The position numbers and the translations under genes were made by a program. Positions 12,361-24,808 of a DNA stretch of 64,000 bases are shown here, piece after piece. Within the stretch, counting starts at the first letter, position 1; each line of letters starts with the position of its first letter. Origin of the DNA: Felis catus (lineage: Eukaryota); assembly GCF_018350175.1 (NCBI RefSeq), contig NC_058368.1:142540001-142604000 (forward strand). The letters are read 5' to 3'. The notes beneath the pieces are model-generated. The model worked only from the letters and a program-made list of their open reading frames with translations. It ran no database searches and was not told the DNA's origin.

Positions 12361-12850
12361 TGCGAAGAATCATGAAGGGTTTGGAATCTGGCCCTAACTG
12401 CAGATTAACAAAGTAGTCTACCATATTTTCATGGATGCTGGCAGGAGACATGAGACTCTTGAGTCAGAGACAAAGAATTGTATTGCTCACAGCATACAAG
12501 CAGCATGAGCACTGGTGTCTCTTGCCCCCACACCCCACAGGGGCAATGCTGAGGGATGTAGGTGAATGTCGCATGTACACCAAATGGTTTTGTGTCACAA
12601 ATGAGAAACCCTGAGCTTGGGAAACTTGGATCTTTTATAAAGAGACTAAGCACATTTGCCTGACTTTTGCTCTGGAGGGAGATATCTCCCCTCTGCTGTT
12701 TGCTCCACAGGGAGCCCCTATCTCATTCTTCCAAGGCTATTTGCTATACAAACATACTTGAAAATATAATTAGGAGCAAATGGCAGTTAGTGCCTCTGCT
12801 CACAAGACATGAAGAAAAGGAGAGATCCATGGAGAATCATCTCCCAACAC
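12361..12850 (-). mobile_element. ERVL-type LTR (MER54/MER73/MER74 family-like)
   Basis: Reverse complement contains ctttgtctctgactcaagagtctcatgtctcctgccagcatccatgaaa...cccttcatgattcttcgca, like the 3' end of this LTR family. Confidence 0.65.
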
Positions 12851-13059
12851 TTACCAAAACAAAGAAAAAACAACTTTGTAGCAAACATTTTTTGTTATAA
12901 ACACTCCAAGGAAAAGATCTTTCTCTATATCATTCATGGAGACAAAGAACTGATTTTGTTGGCTATAACTCATCACTCTGTTGGGATTGCTGTCACGGAA
13001 GTTCACTCTCTCGGTGGAGTTAGCCTAACACCAGGTGAGACCAGGATGAGGGTGATATT

Positions 13060-13456
13060 TGCGACACTCCCTGACCCAACATCCTCTCACTAAAGAGGCA
13101 GTCTATTTCCCTACTCCTTGACTCCGGGCTTGACTCTGCGACTTACTTTGCCTAGCGGGATGTTAGCAACATCTTGCAGAGAATAGAATAGCTCCCATGA
13201 TTCCAGTCTCTCTCTTGTGTTCCTCCACATGGCAGGAGCACATGCCTGGGCTAGCCTTCTGAAGGATGGGCGGGGTGTGCAGCCGAGCTGAGTCACCTCG
13301 CCAACCAACGAACAGCCAGCCAACAACACCCCAGTGGAGCTACCTGGCTGACCACCCCGGACATGTCAGCACAACAAACGGCCACTGGTATATGTCACAG
13401 AGGTTCTGTGGTTGTTTATGATGCACGATTATTGTGGTAAGAGATCAATGGTGGCA
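13060..13456 (+). mobile_element. MLT1 (MaLR) LTR, MLT1G/H-like
   Basis: gtctatttccctactccttgactccgggcttgactctgcgacttactttg... ends ggttctgtggttgtttatgatgcacgattattgtgg. Confidence 0.65.
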
Positions 13457-13741
13457 CTAATACGTAAGGATAAGTAAGGAAGATATATAAAGGATGACCA
13501 AGGCAGATATATAAGGAAGACTATTCTTCTTCTCTGTGCCACAGTTGCACAGTTGGAATCTGGATGGAAGGAAGAATACAAGTAGTGGGTTTAGCAATAA
13601 TAACACCACACACTCACCCCATACGTCCAAGCAAAGTGGACTAGGTGGAAACGGACCCGCATCTCCCCTACTACCTGAGGGTTGACTGTACGAACAGGGA
13701 GAAAGTACGTGGTGTGGAGCCCGGATAAAAGGGGGCCAGGA

Positions 13742-13968
13742 GGGGCGCCTGGGTGGCGCAGTCGGTTAAGCATCCGACTTCAGCCAGGTCACGATCTCGC
13801 GGTCCGTGAGTTCGAGCCCCGCGTCAGGCTCTGGGCTGATGGCTCGGAGCCTGGAGCCTGTTTCCGATTCTGTGTCTCCCTCTCTCTCTGCCCCTCCCCC
13901 GTTCATGCTCTGTCTCTCGCTGTCCCAAAAATAAATAAACGTTGAAAAAAAAAATTAAAAAAAAAAAA
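13742..13968 (+). mobile_element. Young felid CanSINE
   Basis: CpG-rich head ggggcgcctgggtggcgcagtcgg; TSD aaaagggggccagga at 13727-13741 and ~13965-13981. Confidence 0.95.
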
Positions 13969-15673
13969 GGGGGGGCCAGGAAGCAAGATGATGCCAGGTT
14001 TATTGAAGGCCATGCTAGGGAGGAAGAACCTGGCCTGAGGGTGGGCATTTTGGGGGTCATAGGCTTCTCCACACCTGGCTGAGACCCCTCAGAGGGCTGA
14101 TCCTATACTTATGGCTTCCTTCCCTCCTGCATGAGGGAAAATGCACACTGGTTCCTTGGATTTGCTTCTTCTGACCCTGTGGGTGAGCGTCTCATCTGGT
14201 TCTTCCTATGCCAGCAACTCGATACCCTGGAGGCAAGCCCCGTGGCAGGGGGCCTGTGGGTTTGTCCTGGCTCTTCTCCAGGACTCTCTGTTGAGACTCC
14301 ATGCTTTCGGGCAGCTTTCAGCAATTAATTCAGCCCCAGACAATGGATCCTCCCCCCCCCCCCCGCCCCAATCAGGGTAGAAGATCCTGCATGGAGTCAC
14401 ATGCTTGCTGGCATTCTGAGTAAAAGTACTTCACAGGGCCAGCTTTGGAGGTAGAGCATTTACTGCAGGGTGGGGCTTAGAAATTCAGCCAGGGCAGGAC
14501 ATGCTGAGCTCTTGCAAAACTGCTCTGATTTGTGACTAGTGTCACACTGCAGCACAAACTGACGATGACCCCGTCTAGACCCTGTTGGACGCTGGAGGGA
14601 TTGGGGCACGTTCAGATTTTCTGTAAATTGTGTATGTGTATGGACCAGAGCTCAAGATAACGGTCTGTCTGGTCAGCAAAATAAGAACTCAGCCTTTGGT
14701 CGTTAGCCACTCAGCCTGGGGCCTAGGAGACGGTGCCTCTTCCTCTTCTAGAACCAAGACACCTGTTGGTTCATGGCAGCCCTCCTGGTATGGACATGTC
14801 CACTAGCAGCACCAAACCTATCCCCAGCTCTGGTGGGGCACGTTCTCCCAGCTTCTAGCACCACGCTGGCAGCCATGCAGATACTCGCTTTTAAACCCTC
14901 ATCCTGGCTCCCCTTGGGACCCGCTCAGAGCCCTTGGCAAAGCTCAGGAGCTCCTGCCCTGTCAAGAGTTCAGCTGGCCTTGCACTGTGTATAAACAGGA
15001 ACTCTTGAGGTTCCGAGGGGGCACCTTCTTCAAGCAATAAAGGCACTTAACAAGCACTGCAGTAAAAGACACTGAACCAGAAAAGTAAACTTTCACAGAG
15101 GGGCGACTGCGTTAATGGAGTTGACCGGTCATTAGTACTAACCCTCTAGCTGTAATGATTTGCACAGATGACCTTCCAAAGAAATATAAAAGCAGGCCTT
15201 CCAAAGCGGAGCAGAGCACCAGAATTTGGGGAGTGAAGCCCACAGGTAGGAAGCTCCAGGTACTTATTGAAGGGAATGAAAGAGAAAAAAAATCTCACTA
15301 AAACTCTAGGAGGAGTTGAAGGGAAATAAACTGTGGAAGGAAAAGGGAACAAAAGCAAAGAGAAGTAAGGTCATCTCTGACAGGGGAGAATGCTTGTGGA
15401 GCAGACCAGGAAGGCCAAGTGTGTATTGTTAGTAGGTGATTTCCCAGCAGCAACAGCGGCAACAGCCAGCAAGCAGCACAGGGGAAAAGGTAAACAGGAC
15501 GCTGGAGTGAACTGGAAGACGGTACAATATTAGAGGAAGTGCTCTTATTCCCATGTAAGGTTTCGGTTAGAATCTCATTTAGGCTTTATTAGCCTGAACA
15601 AAGTTGACACATTTTCAGCCTTTCTCCCATGTTGAAAATTCCTAAAATGCCCTTTAAAAAAGTCACATCTGGG

Positions 15674-15897
15674 AAAAAAAAAAAAAAAAAAAAAGAGAGA
15701 GAGAGAGAGGTTAGAGTGGGAGAGAGCCAAAGCATAAGAGACTCTTAAAAACTGAGAACTGAGGGTTGATGGGGGGTGGGAGGGAGGGGAGGGTGGGTGA
15801 TGGGTATTGAGGAGGGCACCTTTTGGGATGAGCACTGGGTGTTGTATGGAAACCAATTTGACAAATAATTAATTTATAAATAAATAAATAAATAAGT
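15674..15897 (+). mobile_element. 5'-truncated young felid L1 (3'UTR end only)
   Basis: gttagagtgggagagagccaaagcataagagactcttaaaaactgagaac...ttttgggatgagcactgggtgttgtatggaaacc with (TAAA)n tail; TSD aagtcacatctggg. Confidence 0.9.
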
Positions 15898-15908
15898 AAG
15901 TCACATCT

Positions 15909-16111
15909 GGGGTGCTTGGGTGGCTCATCGGTTAAGCGTCTGACTTCAGCTCTGGTTGTGATCTCACAGCCTGTGGGTTCTAGCCCCATGTTGGGCTCTG
16001 TGCTGACAGTGCGGAGCCTGCTTGGGATTCTGTGTCCCTTTCTTTCTCTCTGCCCCTCCCCCACTTACTCTCTCTCTCTCTCTCAAAATAAATAAATATA
16101 CTTAAAAAAAA
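15909..16111 (+). mobile_element. CanSINE
   Basis: ggggtgcttgggtggctc head, CT linker, A-tail followed by aagtcacatc. Confidence 0.9.
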
Positions 16112-16265
16112 GTCACATCCATCACACTTGCAAATGAACCACAAAAGAGAAAAAAATACCAAAAATGGAAACAAATACCATTACGATTTTGAAAGATGGA
16201 GTTGCAATCTCTCTAATGCCAGATTTTTTTATTTGATAATAAATGTAAAACTTAGGGGAAAAATA

Positions 16266-16725
16266 GGGGTACCTGGGGGGCTCACTTGGTTAACCACCTG
16301 ACTTCGGCTCAGGTCATGATCTCGTGGCTTTGTGGGTTCAAACCCCATATTGGGCTCTGCACTGATAGCACAGAGCCTGCTTGGGATTCTCTCTCTGACT
16401 CCCTCTTTCTCTGCCCTCCCCCACTCACGCTTTCTCTCTCTCTCTCTTTCTCAAAAATAACTAAATAGGGGCGCCTGGGTGGCTCAGTCGGTTAAGCCAC
16501 CGACTTCGGCTCAGGTCATGATCTTGAAGTCTGTGAGTTCAAGCCCCGCGTCGGGCTCTGTGCTGACAGCTCAGAGCCTGGAGCCTGTTTCAGATTCTGT
16601 GTCTCCCTCTCTCTGACCCTCCCCCATTCATGCTCTATCTCTCTCTGTCTCAAAAATAAATAAATGTTAAAAAAAAAATTAAAAAAAAATAACTAAACCT
16701 TAAAAAAAAAGTTAAAAAAAAAAAC
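16266..16725 (+). mobile_element. Two CanSINEs; the second (16468-16690) lies in the A-tail of the first
   Basis: Two heads; aaaaataactaaa duplicated around the inner copy; aaaacttaggggaaaaa duplicated around the pair. Confidence 0.9.
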
Positions 16726-16829
16726 TTAGGGGAAAAAATATTCATTCCCTTCGGCCACAATAATGGCAAAAGCTGGTCTTATTTTTTTCACACATTTTGG
16801 AGAGAGGGCCAGTTTGGAAAGAACTAAGA

Positions 16830-17068
16830 GCGCAAGGAGCTCTTCTGTGGCATTTACTGCCTGCTAAGCACTATTCTCAATGGTTTACGTGGATTAGCGC
16901 TTTAAATCCTAACACCAGTTACACGTGGCAGCTACTGTTATTATTTCCTCTTTACGGATGCCGAAAGCCCAAGCACAGAGAGATTCAGTGACTCACTCAG
17001 GCTGACACAACTAGTAAATAGCGAAGCTGGGATTTGAACCCAGGTAGTCTGGTCTGACAGTCTGAACT
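16830..17068 (-). mobile_element. MIR SINE
   Basis: cattta...tttaaatcctaac...tttacggatg...aagcacagagagattcagtgact...ctgggatttgaacccaggtagtctg. Confidence 0.8.
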
Positions 17069-17220
17069 TTCAAACGGTGCTGCTAGCAACAAGGCTCTGG
17101 AAGCACAGTTGTGTCTGACAGGAGAGAATGGACTTCAAATGGATGTAGCAGTGAATTATCAGATCACAAGTGAGACTGCAGCACAGGGTGCACTTAAAGG
17201 TAATTTTAAAGGATCCCAAA

Positions 17221-17435
17221 TATTTTATCTTCTTTTGGGGGGGGGAGGGGGAGAGCGTGAGCAGGGAGGGGCAGGGGGGAGGGAGAGAAAGAGAGAGAGA
17301 CAGAGAGACAGAGATGCCCCCCAAGCAGTCTCCATGCTCAGCGAGGTTGGGCTTCCATCCTGTGACACTGGGATCAAGACCTGGGCCAAAATCCAGAGTC
17401 TGATGATCCACGGACTGAGCCACCCAGGCGTCCCC
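17221..17435 (-). mobile_element. CanSINE
   Basis: Reverse SINE ending gactgagccacccaggcgtccc. Confidence 0.85.
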
Positions 17436-17768
17436 TAGTATTTTATATTAAAGCCTAAAGAGTTCACCTTTCTCAGTTTAATTTTCTCTAAACCTATCTT
17501 CCTTCTGAGGTGAGACAGACCCCTGTGTATACTTCCTTCTAGAAATGAGAGTCGCCTTGGTGCGTTAGGCTTAGATCAGCTATTTCTGGAGCAACTGTGA
17601 AGTTGCTCCATCATTACAGCAGACGAAATAAGAGTGTGGAGAAGAAACCAAACTGGATCAGAAAATCACAAGTCTTGGGCAACCATTTTCATCTTTTTAA
17701 TCCTCCCCTCACCACCTTGATTGTGAAAGATTTATTTCAGTTCCATTAAAGAGCAATTTCCAGAACGA

Positions 17769-17972
17769 GGGGTCTGAGTGGCTCAGTCAGTTAAGCATCC
17801 TAATCTTGGTTTCCGCTCAGGTCATGATCTTGATCTCACAGTTGGTGGGTTTGAGCCCCTCTGGCTTTGTTCTGATAGCCAGAGCCTGCTTGAGATTCTC
17901 TCTCTCCCTTCTCTCTGTCCCTCCCCCGCTTGTGCTCTCTCTCCAAACAAACTTAAAAAAATTTTTTTTTAA
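17769..17972 (+). mobile_element. CanSINE
   Basis: Head, CT linker and tail; TSD agagcaatttccaga at 17750 and 17974. Confidence 0.9.
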
Positions 17973-20900
17973 TAGAGCAATTTCCAGACCAAAAGCTGTG
18001 GATTGATGAACTGCCACGGAGTCAAATTTACTCCTACCCCTGTTTTGTGGAACTCCTCGGTGCCTCTGGCCCGCATGGAGATCCCATGCCATTCCTGGGC
18101 CCATCTGGAAATGCACGTTGCAAGTGAGCCAGTCTTAAAACCGGTTTACTATCAACATTTTCACCCTGTAACCTTAAACCCAGCAATGAAATAAAAAACA
18201 GCATGTTTGTATGATTTCCACCATATTAGAAACAAAATCTGATGACCACCCAGCCCAGAGTTAAGGAAAACGAAATTCATAGTCTTGAACGCATTAAGAT
18301 GCTTACTGAAAATCGTATCCCATGCATTAAATAATCACTGGTCACAAACTGTAATTCAGAGTTATTGTTTCCTTAAGACCTATAACTACACCCTAAGTTC
18401 TTTGGATGGTAATTTTGATGTGTGTGAATGTCTTTGATCAGTTTTGTAAATCCCTCCACCATCTGAAAAGCAATTTTAGTTGATGTGATTATGTGTTAAG
18501 AAGCACTGTTTAACTGCTCTTAGAAATTTTGTCCTAATGCCCTTGTCTCAGACTTCTCTAAGAGATACTTTGTAATCCTTTAGGGGGAATGGATTTCTAT
18601 TGGTGGTTACTTTTTTTTTTTTTTCCCAAACGGTACAGATGCTAATGAAGATTTGCTGGTTACCTGTTTAAAGAAAATCACTAAGGCATTTTAAAGTGTC
18701 TTCATAGGCCTGGTACCCGGTGCTTTCTTTCATAGGCTTGGAGAGAGAAGAGACCAATGCCAATATGTAACAGATGAACAATTCTATGAAGCATATTTGC
18801 TAATATTAACAGCATTTTTCTGAATGTTGTTTATTATGTAAACTAAAGGGCTGTTGTTCTACAGTGAAAAGGAGCAGATAAGCCAATCACTATGGAAAAT
18901 GGGTTTCTAAATGGTTTGTAACATAAAATGTTATTCAATTAATATGTTTTATACATTCATTATAGGAGATAATGAAAATACTAAAAAAGTTTAAAGAAAA
19001 CAGTAAAATCCCTCATAATCTCACCTCCCAGAGGAAAAAATATTAACATTTATCTCACTTTTCTATGCATATCCCACACGTATTTTTAACATCTGTTTTT
19101 GTGATCCGGCTTTGCTCAGGTTTTTTCCCTTTCCTCAATGATCAAGGCGTGGTGAGAGGTCAAGCTGGTCCCTAAGGCTTATTCCTTCCCTGGATGAGTT
19201 CATTCCTAACAAGGTCTTCACAGCCTCATTCAGCCTCTGACAGACATACCCCGGGCAGGGACAGAAAAGCCCAGGCATTTCTGCATTTTAGCTTGGACCC
19301 AGCCTGGGCCATCTGTCCCTACATTTAGTGTGAAGAATGAGAACTATGGCAGCCGCCTTCTTATGGTGGGAGGGTGGTCACGGTGGGAAGGGGCACTGTG
19401 GCTCTGTGCAGTTCTAGGGGATGAGGCTGGGACTGATGGGAAATGGAATGGTCTTACTTGAAAAGCATTAGGTTTTCTGCCCTCGGTTATAGTCACTTGT
19501 CAGGATGGTTGTGGGAAGTAGAGGATGTGGAGCAGAGACACCTGATGACAGTGTGCTTCCCGGAGGCTCTGAGACTCCACTTGTCTCCAGGGTTGACCTT
19601 CTAACTCTCTCCGCATCAACATCTTGAACATGGCTGTAGCCACAGGGCTCACAATGGTGTGTGGTACATTGTCGGTGCTCAGTATTTGTTCGAAGAAATA
19701 AATGAATGCCTCAGTGAACCTGACTGCTGTGATTACTCCTTTGCCCTCCGTTCTGGAGACTGTGTACCAACAACTAGGCTGGAATTTTGCACAGGCTTTG
19801 ATGGAAAGGATGAACTGCTGGCTTCTTAGCTCACAGGATTACCCATTCTCTGTTGTTTCTTGGGAAGACCCAGGGTCTGGGTTTTCACACAGTGGTATGT
19901 GGAATGGACTGGGAGACAGCCAATTTGGGCTTCTTCATCTACCAAACAAAACAAACCCAAACATCTGATGTGATGGATGGAATCCCCAAATGGATGATTT
20001 CACTCACTTTTTTAAACAATGCTGTGAGACCACTGGCCTCCTGCAGGCTTTCTCTTGGTGGGGGGTGAGGGAGGAGTAGTGGGCTGCAAGGGGGAGGACT
20101 TACAAGCGCGAAAGGATTAAAAAGACAGGCAATTACTTTAAACTAGCAAACACCCTTTTCAGGGATCCAATGTTACAGACAACCCAGACCGACAATACAG
20201 AGATCTAAAACTAAGTATTGCTATGTTTTTGTAACGTGAGGAACCGATGTCTTTTTTAAACCTCTGTACCAAATGACACTTTAGGACTTCATCATATTAA
20301 TATTTTCTGGCCTGCTTGAGTGAATACAAACAGCAGTCCCATAAGCAGAGAGCAACTCACATACAGATTCGAAGCGAAGGCTTTAGAAATTATATACCTC
20401 AGTTAATTCTACGTTGAGGAGTGGAGAGGAAACCATCAGCCAGGAGTGAAGGTCTGTTTTTTGCTTTGTCATGTGCACGTGGAGATGCCTGGGAATGTCC
20501 ACAGAGCTGTGGTCGGAGAAGCTTTCAATTTGAAAGAGTGATAAGGGATGGGTGTTTCTTAGAGGTGGCCTCGGGGTGAGGCAGGTAACTGGAAATACCT
20601 TTCTCCACCCTACACAAGAATGCCGAAGGTCAACCTACTCGCCCCCTTCATTCACACCAGTGTGGTTTACAGAGACTGAACAACATGAGTGGGCACATTC
20701 TCAGGGTTTTTAGGGAACACATTGTATCTTGAGGCATTTCATCTGTAGAACCTGTTTAGGTAGGATACTGTTGGATCTTTACTCAGGGCAAATAAAAACT
20801 TCTTTGTGCTGCTTGAGCGAGAAAATACGTCCAGTGTTCCCTTCCGGAACTGGCAGTTACGACAATATACACTGGCTTTGGACCAGTTTGGACACAGGTG

Positions 20901-21348
20901 AGTTCAACCAGACATACAACCACCAACTAGTTGTGTAGAGACAGCACTTTCTAGACTAACACGTCAATTACCGGTATTTACTGACTAGGCAAATAATGTT
21001 ATACCCCTCAGCAACACATCCAGGAGCCAGAGGGAATGTTACAGGGCAGTAATTTTGAATCTGGCTAGAAAAATAGCCCACAATAATTGGGCAGGAAGGA
21101 TATACACAGCATGACTTTAGCCCTGGGACTAAATCTGATCTGCTGTCAGTCAGGAAGGAGGCTTGAGGCTTCAGTACTCCTCCTGGACTCCTTGCCTGGC
21201 CCCCAGAACTAGACCGCCATCAGTCCTGCTTAGCCTCCTCCTTCCCTAGTAACTAGACCTGCCCCAATCAGGCTGTGCCTGCCAACCTTTCCTTTTTTTT
21301 TTTTCCCTCATTATTTTTCCAAGCTGAGGGACTAAATGAAAATGTAGA

Positions 21349-21536
21349 GGGCCACCTGGGTGGCTCAGTTGGTTAAACATCCAACTTTTGATTTCAGCTC
21401 AGGTCATGATCTCACGCTTCATGGGTTGCAGCCCTGGACTGGACTCTACACTGACAGGGCAGAGCCTCTCTCCCTCTCTCTGCCCCTCCCACATGCTCTC
21501 TCTGCCTCAAAAATAAATAAATAAGTTTTTAAAAAA
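21349..21536 (+). mobile_element. CanSINE
   Basis: gggccacctgggtggctcagttggttaa head, A-tail. Confidence 0.9.
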
Positions 21537-21842
21537 GTGTACAGCGATTGTCTTCGTGATCTCTCTGAGGCTGTTTAGCTCAGCCCTCCCCCTTCATTTG
21601 AGTGAATTCTATGGAAGCTTCCTTCTCCATTCTAGCAAGGCTACAATATACTAACCCCCACTGCCCCATCTTCTGCTCTCACCCTTGATAAACACTTCTC
21701 TGTCCCCCTCAAAGATTCCTAAGAAATTGTTCTTTTATAAAAGGTTTGCCAGGGTGAGGGGAGGGAGGGAGTTAGGGGTGGGGTAAGGAGGCAGGGGAGT
21801 TTCATCACTCACACACAGAATTGCACTTAGAAAAGTCCTCCA

Positions 21843-22059
21843 GGGGCGCCTGGGTGGCTCAGTGGGTTAAGCTTCTGACTGTGATTCAGGTCATGATCTT
21901 ATGGTTCATGGGTTCCAGCCCTGCGTCGAGCTCTGTCCTGACAGCTCAGAGCCTGGAGCCTGCTTCAGATTCTGTGTCTTCCTCTTTCTCTCTCTGCCCC
22001 TCCTCTGCTCGTGCTCTGTGCCCCTCTCTCTCAAAAATGAATAAACATTAAAAAAAAAA
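21843..22059 (+). mobile_element. Felid CanSINE
   Basis: Complete SINE; flanking aaaagtcc duplication. Confidence 0.9.
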
Positions 22060-22519
22060 GTCCCCTAGATGTGCCGCTTTTCCCCTAAATCTCTGCCTTT
22101 GTATGCTTCTCCCTCAGCTTCAGTATCCCATCCTTCCTCTTCACCCCAAATTTCCCATCACATGCACCTCACCCCTTTGCTTATGCCAACTAATTGGCTC
22201 TTGGACTGGCAGAAGACGACTTTGGGGTCCGAAAACAAGAACTCCCCCAGATACCAGGCTCCTCCTGGTGGAGAACATTTTAAGTATCAGGCCATTTTTT
22301 CTGTTTTCTCTTTTCTTCCATCACCTGCACCACCTCATCTAGCCAACCTGCACATCCTCTCCTTTGAGTCCCCATGCCAAGCCCACATCTCTGATAGTGG
22401 CAGCTTCTCTTTGTGCCACACCAATTTCTGGAATGAGCTCAAGTCCACAAATAGACACCTACTGATGCAAGTTAACACAGCCCCTCTGCTCTGACTCAAA
22501 GCTTTCGGTGACCCCCACA

Positions 22520-22713
22520 CAGGGCCAGCTTCATGGGTGTGAAGCCTGTGTGGTGGCACAGGGTCCCATGTTTAGAAGGGCCCTGATATGGGGGCACCTG
22601 GGTGGTTCAGGGAGTTGAGATTCTGACTCCTGATTTGAGCTCAGGTCATGATCCTAGGATCATGGGATCGAGGCCTATACTGGGCTCCACACTGAATGTG
22701 GAGCCTGCTCAGG

Positions 22714-22764
<51 letters not shown>

Positions 22765-22925
22765 TGCCCCTCTCCCCTGCATGCACTCTCTCTCTTTCAG
22801 AAAAAGGAGGGCGGGCCTGACATGGTTTAATGCTCTGTCACCATGATGAAATTCTTAATATGTATGCGCAAGGGGCCCCACATTTTTATTTTGTACTGGG
22901 CTGTGAAAATTAGGTAGCCGTTCAG
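22520..22925. mobile_element. MER91A-like hAT MITE interrupted by a CanSINE (22590-22806)
   Basis: cagggccagcttcatgggtgtg...tggtttaatgctctg...aaggggccccacatttttattttgtactggg; near 8-bp TSD cccccaca/cccacaca. Confidence 0.8.
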
Positions 22926-22957
22926 CCCACACATGACCTTCACAGAAAATCTCCCTT

Positions 22958-23210
22958 TGGGGGTGACTGTGTGGCTCAGTTGGTTAAGCAATCAACTTTG
23001 GCTGAGTCATGATCTCACGGTTCATTAGTTCGAGCCTTGCATCCAGTGAGCTTGAGCCCCACATTGGGTGAACTCGAGCCTCACTTCTGGTGAGCATGAG
23101 CCCCACTGGGATTCTCTCTCCCTATCTCTCTCCCTTTCTCTCTACCCGCCACTCACTTGCTCTCGCTCTCTCTTTCTCTCTCTCTCTCTCTCAAAAAAAA
23201 AAAAAAAAAA
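22958..23210 (+). mobile_element. CanSINE variant with four tandem B-box-region units
   Basis: ~22-nt units gtgagYtYgagccYcRc repeated at 23025-23110; TSD aaaatctccctt. Confidence 0.85.
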
Positions 23211-23820
23211 ATCTCCCTTCCTTCAAAGCAGTTTCTCCACGAACCTTAACCTCCAGGCCAATCTGCCTTGCCCAATCTGGCCCCCACTCGCTGTGGCATG
23301 CTGTGCCTGGAGAGGGCAGTTGTGTAGATGGAGACAGTGGGGTCCCTCTTTCACTCTAAAGAAGCCATGGAAACCAGGATTCCTGGGAAAGAGTTGAGGG
23401 GGAGAAGGCACGGAGGTCTGAGGACGGGAGAAGAGCCTCTGCAAAAGTATCCACCTCGCCCACGTGTTAATTCTAGAGATTCTACCAGAAGAGAGAATTC
23501 CTCTGTGGTAAAGTCCTTTCCATCTGTTTTAAAGATAAGAATTTTCCTCAGAGGGTCAACACCCCACATTATTGTTCTCTACCACGCTGTGAACAAGCTG
23601 TTGTAAGCTGATCACCGGTGGAGGTCTTGGCACAGGAAAAGATTTGAAGAGGAAATGAGGGTACTTTTGTGACTTGGAAGAGAGTGACTCACAAAGGAGC
23701 AATCTGAATGAGGCCTGACACAGTGGACACCAGGGCAGGAAAGTCAAAAGAAGGAGAACCGGGTGGAGGCAGAAAGCTGCTGAAGAAGTATTTCTTCTAC
23801 TTCACAAGCGTGCTGGACTC

Positions 23821-24037
23821 GGAGTGCCTGGGTGGCCCCAGTCGGTTGAGCCTCTGACTTCGGCTCAGGTGGTGATCTCACGGTTTGTGGGTTCGAGCCT
23901 GCACTGAGCTCTGTGCTGACCGCTTGGAGCCTGGAGCCTGCTTCAGATTCTGTATCTCCCTCTCTCTACCCTCCTCCACTTGCACTCTGCCTCTCTCTCT
24001 CGAAAATAAATAAACATCAAAAAAATTTTTTTTAAAA
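23821..24037 (+). mobile_element. Felid CanSINE
   Basis: Head, ggagcctggagcctgcttcagattctg, CT linker, tail. Confidence 0.9.
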
Positions 24038-24116
24038 ATCCACACACACAAATAGCAAAACACAAGTGTGCTAGATTCAGAACAAAAGCTTTCCTTCCCA
24101 GCCTCTCCTGACAGGG

Positions 24117-24808
24117 CTATATTAATTTCCTATGGCTGCCATTTTTTTTCCCCCAATAACAAATTACCATAGCCTAGGTGGCTTAAATCGGCAGAAACGT
24201 ATTCTCTTACAGTTCTGCAGACTAGAAGTCCGAAATCAAGGTGCTAGCAAGGTTGGTTCTTTCCAGAGGCCCTCAGGGAGAATGTTTCATGCCTATCTCC
24301 TAGCTTTTGGTCACTACCTGCAATCTTTAGTTTTTTGTGGCTTGTGAATGCATCATTCCAATCCTTGCCTCCACCTACATGGCGTCCTCTCCTCTGTGTC
24401 TCTGTGTGTCAAATCTTCCCCTTTTTCTCACAGAAACACTAGTTATTAGATTTAAGGCCCAGTCTAAATGCAGGATGATTTCATCTAGAGAACCTTAACT
24501 AATCATACTTCCAAAGAGCCTATTCCCAATAGTCAACAATACGGAATTACATACTTCAAAATTACTAAGAAACTAGATCTTAAATATTCTCACCACACAC
24601 ACACACACAAATGATAGTTATGTGAGGTGATAGAGGTATTAACTAAAGCCATGATGGCAATTCATATTGCAATATATAAATGTATCAAATCAACACGTTA
24701 GAACCTTAAACTTTAAGAAATAACTTACTTTCACAAAAGGTCACATTGATAGGTATAGAGGTTAGGATTTGTATACATCTTTTTGGAGCTACAATTCAGT
24801 ACATGACA
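24117..24808 (-). mobile_element. MLT1 (MaLR) LTR with an inserted L1 3' fragment (~24531-24715, +)
   Basis: taacaaattaccatagcctaggtggcttaaa...cagttctgcagactagaagtccgaaatcaaggtg; L1 piece agatcttaaatattctcaccacac...aatcaacacgtt. Confidence 0.8.
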
